From: Candidatus Dormiibacterota bacterium
GTDB taxonomy: Bacteria; Chloroflexota; Dormibacteria; Aeolococcales; Bog-877
Length of the DNA: 64,000 nt
Assembly (NCBI GenBank): GCA_049790415.1
Contig: JBAQYY010000102.1
Span: forward strand, 1,069 to 65,068
Direction of reading: 5' to 3'
Shown here: positions 60,732 through 64,000 of the stretch, piece by piece
Position numbering within the stretch: position 1 is the first letter of the stretch
How the letters are laid out: each line of letters opens with the position of its first letter
The notes under the pieces: generated by a model
The model's database searches: none
Told to the model about the DNA's origin: nothing
What the model saw: only the letters and a program-made list of their open reading frames with translations
Program-made: the position numbers and the translations under genes

Positions 60732-62204
60732 GTGGATCATCGGGACGTGAGAGCGAAGCTATGGAAGCGACGTGCCAGCCTACTGGCCGGGCTGTGCGCG
60801 CTCCTCGCGGCCACCGCACTCCTTCCGGGGCTCCACGCCGTAGGTACCACCGCGAGGGCAGCTGCCCGGCCGACGGCCCTCTCCAAACTCCTACTGTCGG
60901 CCCCTGATCTTCCCCAGGGCTGGCGGACGATCACGAACTCGAGCAGTAAGTTCACCACGAACCTCGGCTGCGGAGCCAGCTTGGCAGGGCTTGGGAAGGG
61001 CTGGCACCAAGTGGACGGCGTCTTCGTAAACGGGAAGGGTTTCCCCTTTGTCTCCGAGGCGCTCGCCACCGGGCCGGAGGTCGCTTCGACCTGGACTCGC
61101 CTGCAGGACGCGCTCGCGGCCTGCCGCTCGACCACTGTCACCGTCAACGGCGAGCGGCACCGTGCGAGGATCAGCCAGCTACCCTTCGCCGCCACGGCGA
61201 CAGACATGACGGCGCTGTGGCAGCTCACGGGCCCAGGCATCCCGCTGGGTATCGACGTCTTCGTGTTCCGTGGCAACCAGGTACTCGGGACGGTGTCGTA
61301 CACCGATGTCGGGACTCCCGACCTAGGCAACGGTGCAGCCTTTGCCGCGGCCGCCATCGCCAAGGCGGGAGGCTCTGCGGGCGCGGTCACTGGCACGGTT
61401 TCGATCGCGACCGCACCGGTGCGCGTCGCGCGGACCAGGAAAGGCACGGTCGCCTACCGGATTGCCGGGAGCGGTCCGCCGCTTGTCCTGGTGATGGGCT
61501 ACGCGGGGACCATGGACACGTGGGACCCTCAGTTCGTCGACGCGCTCGCGCACCAGTTCACGGTCGTGGTGTTCGATAACGCCGGCATCGGGAGGACCTC
61601 GCCCTTGCCCTCCCCACTCACGATCGACGCCATGGCGCAGCAGACGAGCGCGTTGATCGCGGCGCTCCATCTGGGCGCCCCCGATGTTCTGGGGTGGTCG
61701 ATGGGGGGCATGATCGCGGAGGCGCTGGCGATCCTACACCCGACGCAGGTGCACCGGCTCGTTCTTTGTGCCACGTTTCCCGGAACCGGAGCGCAGCGCC
61801 CAGCCCAATCCGTGGTTGACGCGCTGAATGCGGGGGGTGCCAAGGCGTCGTCGGTGTTGTTCCCCCCAGGCCATAAGGCGGCGGCGACCCTGTTCGCGGC
61901 ATCGCTCTCCGAATACCCTGCGTCGGCCAACGCACCGGGAAGGGTGGTGACTGCGCAGGCGACGGCCGTCCTCCAAGCCTGGGAGGGCAAGGACCGCTCC
62001 CTGCGGCACTTCCGTCAGATCGTCGCTCCGACCCTCGTCGCTGACGGCACTCTGGACCGAGTCGTCCCAGCGGCGAACCCTCGAGCGCTCGCGGCTGGGA
62101 TCGCTGGAGCCAGGCTCCTTCTGTACAAGGGAGCGGGGCACGCATTCTTGTTCCAGAGTCTTTCCGCCTTCGTGCCCGCCGTCGAAGCGTTTCTCACGGC
62201 CTGA
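60732..62204 (+). CDS. Secreted alpha/beta-hydrolase fold protein with a ~220-aa N-terminal extracytoplasmic domain
   Basis: Signal peptide (LLAGLCALLAATALLPGLHAVGTTARA). The C-terminal half has the nucleophile elbow GWSMGG and an alpha/beta-hydrolase-like His near the end (GAGHAFLF). Confidence 0.7.
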   Translation: MDHRDVRAKLWKRRASLLAGLCALLAATALLPGLHAVGTTARAAARPTALSKLLLSAPDLPQGWRTITNSSSKFTTNLGCGASLAGLGKGWHQVDGVFVNGKGFPFVSEALATGPEVASTWTRLQDALAACRSTTVTVNGERHRARISQLPFAATATDMTALWQLTGPGIPLGIDVFVFRGNQVLGTVSYTDVGTPDLGNGAAFAAAAIAKAGGSAGAVTGTVSIATAPVRVARTRKGTVAYRIAGSGPPLVLVMGYAGTMDTWDPQFVDALAHQFTVVVFDNAGIGRTSPLPSPLTIDAMAQQTSALIAALHLGAPDVLGWSMGGMIAEALAILHPTQVHRLVLCATFPGTGAQRPAQSVVDALNAGGAKASSVLFPPGHKAAATLFAASLSEYPASANAPGRVVTAQATAVLQAWEGKDRSLRHFRQIVAPTLVADGTLDRVVPAANPRALAAGIAGARLLLYKGAGHAFLFQSLSAFVPAVEAFLTA

Positions 62205-62352
62205 GCCCCCGAGAGACAATGCACGCTCGCGACACGCAAAGCGGCCGAACTCAGCGTTCTCTTCCAACTGCACCGCAAGCCGTCGGCGACCAGCTGCACC
62301 GCCTTGCTAGTGCTGATGGCCACAGGGTGTGCGGTATTGAACTGGACCCAGC

Positions 62353-62983
62353 ATGAATTCCTACCACCCCAGAGCACTAGGCGGGACAACTGACGAAGGG
62401 GTCGACATGCTCGAGGCGCGCCGCCCCGGCTTGCCTCGTATGTTGGTGCTGACGACCGGCCCCCCAGGCGCGGGCAAGACAACGCTAGCCCGCCAGGTGG
62501 CTGGTGGCCTCGGGGCTCCCGCTGCTCTCCAAGGACATGGTCAAAGAGCAACTCTTCGACACTCTCGGGGTCCACGACCGCGCTTGGTCGATGAAGCTGG
62601 GAGCCGCCGCTAACGAGATTCTCTGGGCCATAGCTCGCGAGTGCGTCGGCGGCGCGGTGGTCGACACTTGGCTGGACCCTACCCGGGATGACGCGGACCG
62701 AGCCAGGGCGGCGGTGCGGACAACCGGTATCTCCCTGACTTGGGAGCTGATGTGCGACTGCCTGGCCGAAGTCGCAGTTGCTCGCTATGCGGCCCGAGTC
62801 CGTCATCCCGGTCATCTGCCCCCCGACGAAGAGACCCTGGATCGGATCCGGCGGGCCGTCCCACTCTTGGTTCCCCTGGGCCTCGGTCCGGTGATCCAGG
62901 TCAACACCACCCATCCCGTAGATCTGGGGCCCATCCTGGCCCGGCTCAGGGCAGACGGCGAAGCGGGGGACGCCGCTCCCTAA
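62353..62983 (+). pseudogene. P-loop NTPase/kinase (AAA_33-like) gene interrupted by a +1 frameshift near 62515-62530
   Basis: Frame A gives MLVLTTGPPGAGKTTLARQVAGGLG (Walker A) and then nonsense. Frame B continues LPLLSKDMVKEQLFDTLG...DTWLDPTRDDADRA... This is consistent with a single extra base in the GGGGCTCCC run, either a sequencing error or a genuine pseudogene. Confidence 0.45.
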
Positions 62984-63242
62984 ACAAGCTCGTGTGGACG
63001 TCCAGCCCACGAACCGCGAGCTCACTCGCCCAGACCTGAATAACCTAGGAGTGGCGCACTTTAGCCCGCAAACGAAGGGAGATCACGCGATGAGCATTGC
63101 CGAGCATGTGAACCTGCGTCCCCTCACCGAGGCGGACGTAGACGTGCTAGATCGGATGGAGAATGACCCGTCGGCGGTGGAAACCAAAAGCGACAGGCTC
63201 GAACTCGATTGACAGCCGCCCACCTCCGCGAGGAGCAATGAA

Positions 63243-63746
63243 CTAGGGGCGCAGGGACAGGCACCAGTGGTTACAGGTCATGAAGTGCCCCTTCGGGAAC
63301 TCGAACTCGCATGTTTCAAGCAGCTCGAAGCGGAGCTTGTGACAGATCGCATTCGACGGCGCATTGTCGACGTTTGGGAAGGCGTGCATGAGGCGGTGCT
63401 TGTGGTCATGCTGGGCAAGTTCGATCGCCTGCATGGTCGCCACCACCGCGATGCCGCGGCCCTGGAACTCGGGCACGACCATCCAGCCGACTTCGTACAC
63501 CTGCCCACCACGCCACTCTCGCGTCCAGAAGCCGACCGACCCGACCCCAGCGCCGCTCGCCGGTTCTACGATCTTGAACATCCGGTCACCTCCCTCGGGG
63601 CGCTCGTAGCGGCGTGAGCTCTCGCGCAGCTTGTCCAGACTCTCGGGGCCGCCGAGGTGCTCGGTCATGCGCGGATCACCCATCAGCCGCTCGAGCAACG
63701 GCTGATCTCCAATGCCCCAAGGCTCGAGCGAGACCGTCGCGCTCAC
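63243..63746 (-). CDS. GNAT family N-acetyltransferase
   Basis: VGWMVVPEFQGRGIAVVATMQAIELAQ is motif A (Q/RxxGxG/A), at 167 aa. Confidence 0.75.
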   Translation of the reverse strand: MSATVSLEPWGIGDQPLLERLMGDPRMTEHLGGPESLDKLRESSRRYERPEGGDRMFKIVEPASGAGVGSVGFWTREWRGGQVYEVGWMVVPEFQGRGIAVVATMQAIELAQHDHKHRLMHAFPNVDNAPSNAICHKLRFELLETCEFEFPKGHFMTCNHWCLSLRP

Positions 63747-63804
63747 TCCGTCAGCTTAGTTGAGGGTCCGCTGGCCTCGGTGAGTCGATCGCGAGTGGGC
63801 TGCT

Positions 63805-64000
63805 TCAACCAGGGGTGGTCAGTTCGAGGTAACGCATTTCCAGGTCCTTCGGCCACAGCTGCTCGTCTGTCAAGGCTCGAGCCAGGAAGTCGGCATAGCT
63901 CTCTAGGCCGGGCTCGAAGCCGCCTCTTTGCAGAGTGTCGTGCAGGAGCAGTGCCAGCACATGTAGGCCATCGTCGGCCTCGGTCCACCTGCTCACAGGG
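63805..64000 (-). CDS. 3' end of an unidentified minus-strand gene truncated by the window edge
   Basis: Open frame ...FLARALTDEQLWPKDLEMRYLELTTPG running to the edge. No family recognised. Confidence 0.25.
   Translation of the reverse strand, partial: PVSRWTEADDGLHVLALLLHDTLQRGGFEPGLESYADFLARALTDEQLWPKDLEMRYLELTTPG

Noticed and set aside
1-64000. CRISPR arrays, rRNA genes, IS elements with terminal inverted repeats
   Set aside because: No regularly spaced direct repeats, no rRNA-like conserved stretches and no transposase-like ORFs with flanking inverted repeats were seen on reading through the window. The only mobile-element-like signals are the tRNA-Pro repeat and the XerC/D-family recombinase.

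Overview
High-GC (~68% by eye) bacterial chromosomal segment, Gram-positive-type (Actinobacteria/Chloroflexi-like). The LexA/Cheo-box sites and the RNase Y + RNase J + SpoVS set support this placement.

Positions 1-26 kb are a densely packed housekeeping core whose gene order is strikingly like Bacillus: tadA, tRNA-His, rpsO-pnp, family-4 UDG, RNase J, DD-carboxypeptidase, ftsK, yajQ, pgsA-cinA(C-terminal)-recA, rny (RNase Y), an HD-GYP phosphodiesterase, an MFS transporter, spoVS, miaB, mutS-mutL, miaA-hflX, and lexA divergent from a LysM (YneA/ChiZ-like) gene. Clear GAAC-N4-GTTC LexA boxes sit at recA and at the LysM gene.

Positions 26-50 kb look accessory. They hold a beta-lactamase-family hydrolase, a DUF3494 (ice-binding-like) secreted protein, a translationally coupled glgE-treS-mak alpha-glucan operon on the minus strand, an MFS transporter, and a large S53 (sedolisin-like) secreted peptidase. 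After these comes an apparent operon:
- an ECF-sigma-like/TM fusion;
- an exosortase/archaeosortase-family membrane protein with a large C-terminal extracytoplasmic domain;
- a processive GT2 synthase carrying an N-terminal MshEN (GspE-N, c-di-GMP-binding type) domain;
- a GT-C-like membrane protein;
- a convergent secreted GH-A-like hydrolase.

Three secreted proteins in this part end in a similar C-terminal tail: an LP[LA]-type motif, a hydrophobic helix, then an Arg-rich end. This resembles exosortase (VPLPA/PEP-CTERM-like) sorting signals and is the best candidate for an undescribed system here.

Positions 48-64 kb contain SDR, an ATL (alkyltransferase-like, Cys to Trp) protein, threonine dehydratase-family, aspC//serC, a xerC/D-like recombinase, pyrF, tRNA-Pro(GGG) followed by a ~1.6 kb islet bounded by a duplicated tRNA 3' end and carrying an ANT-like nucleotidyltransferase, an arsR-AHSA1 pair with a perfect operator palindrome, a secreted alpha/beta hydrolase, a frameshifted P-loop kinase and a GNAT.

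Many long ORFs antisense to real genes are high-GC artefacts and were rejected.
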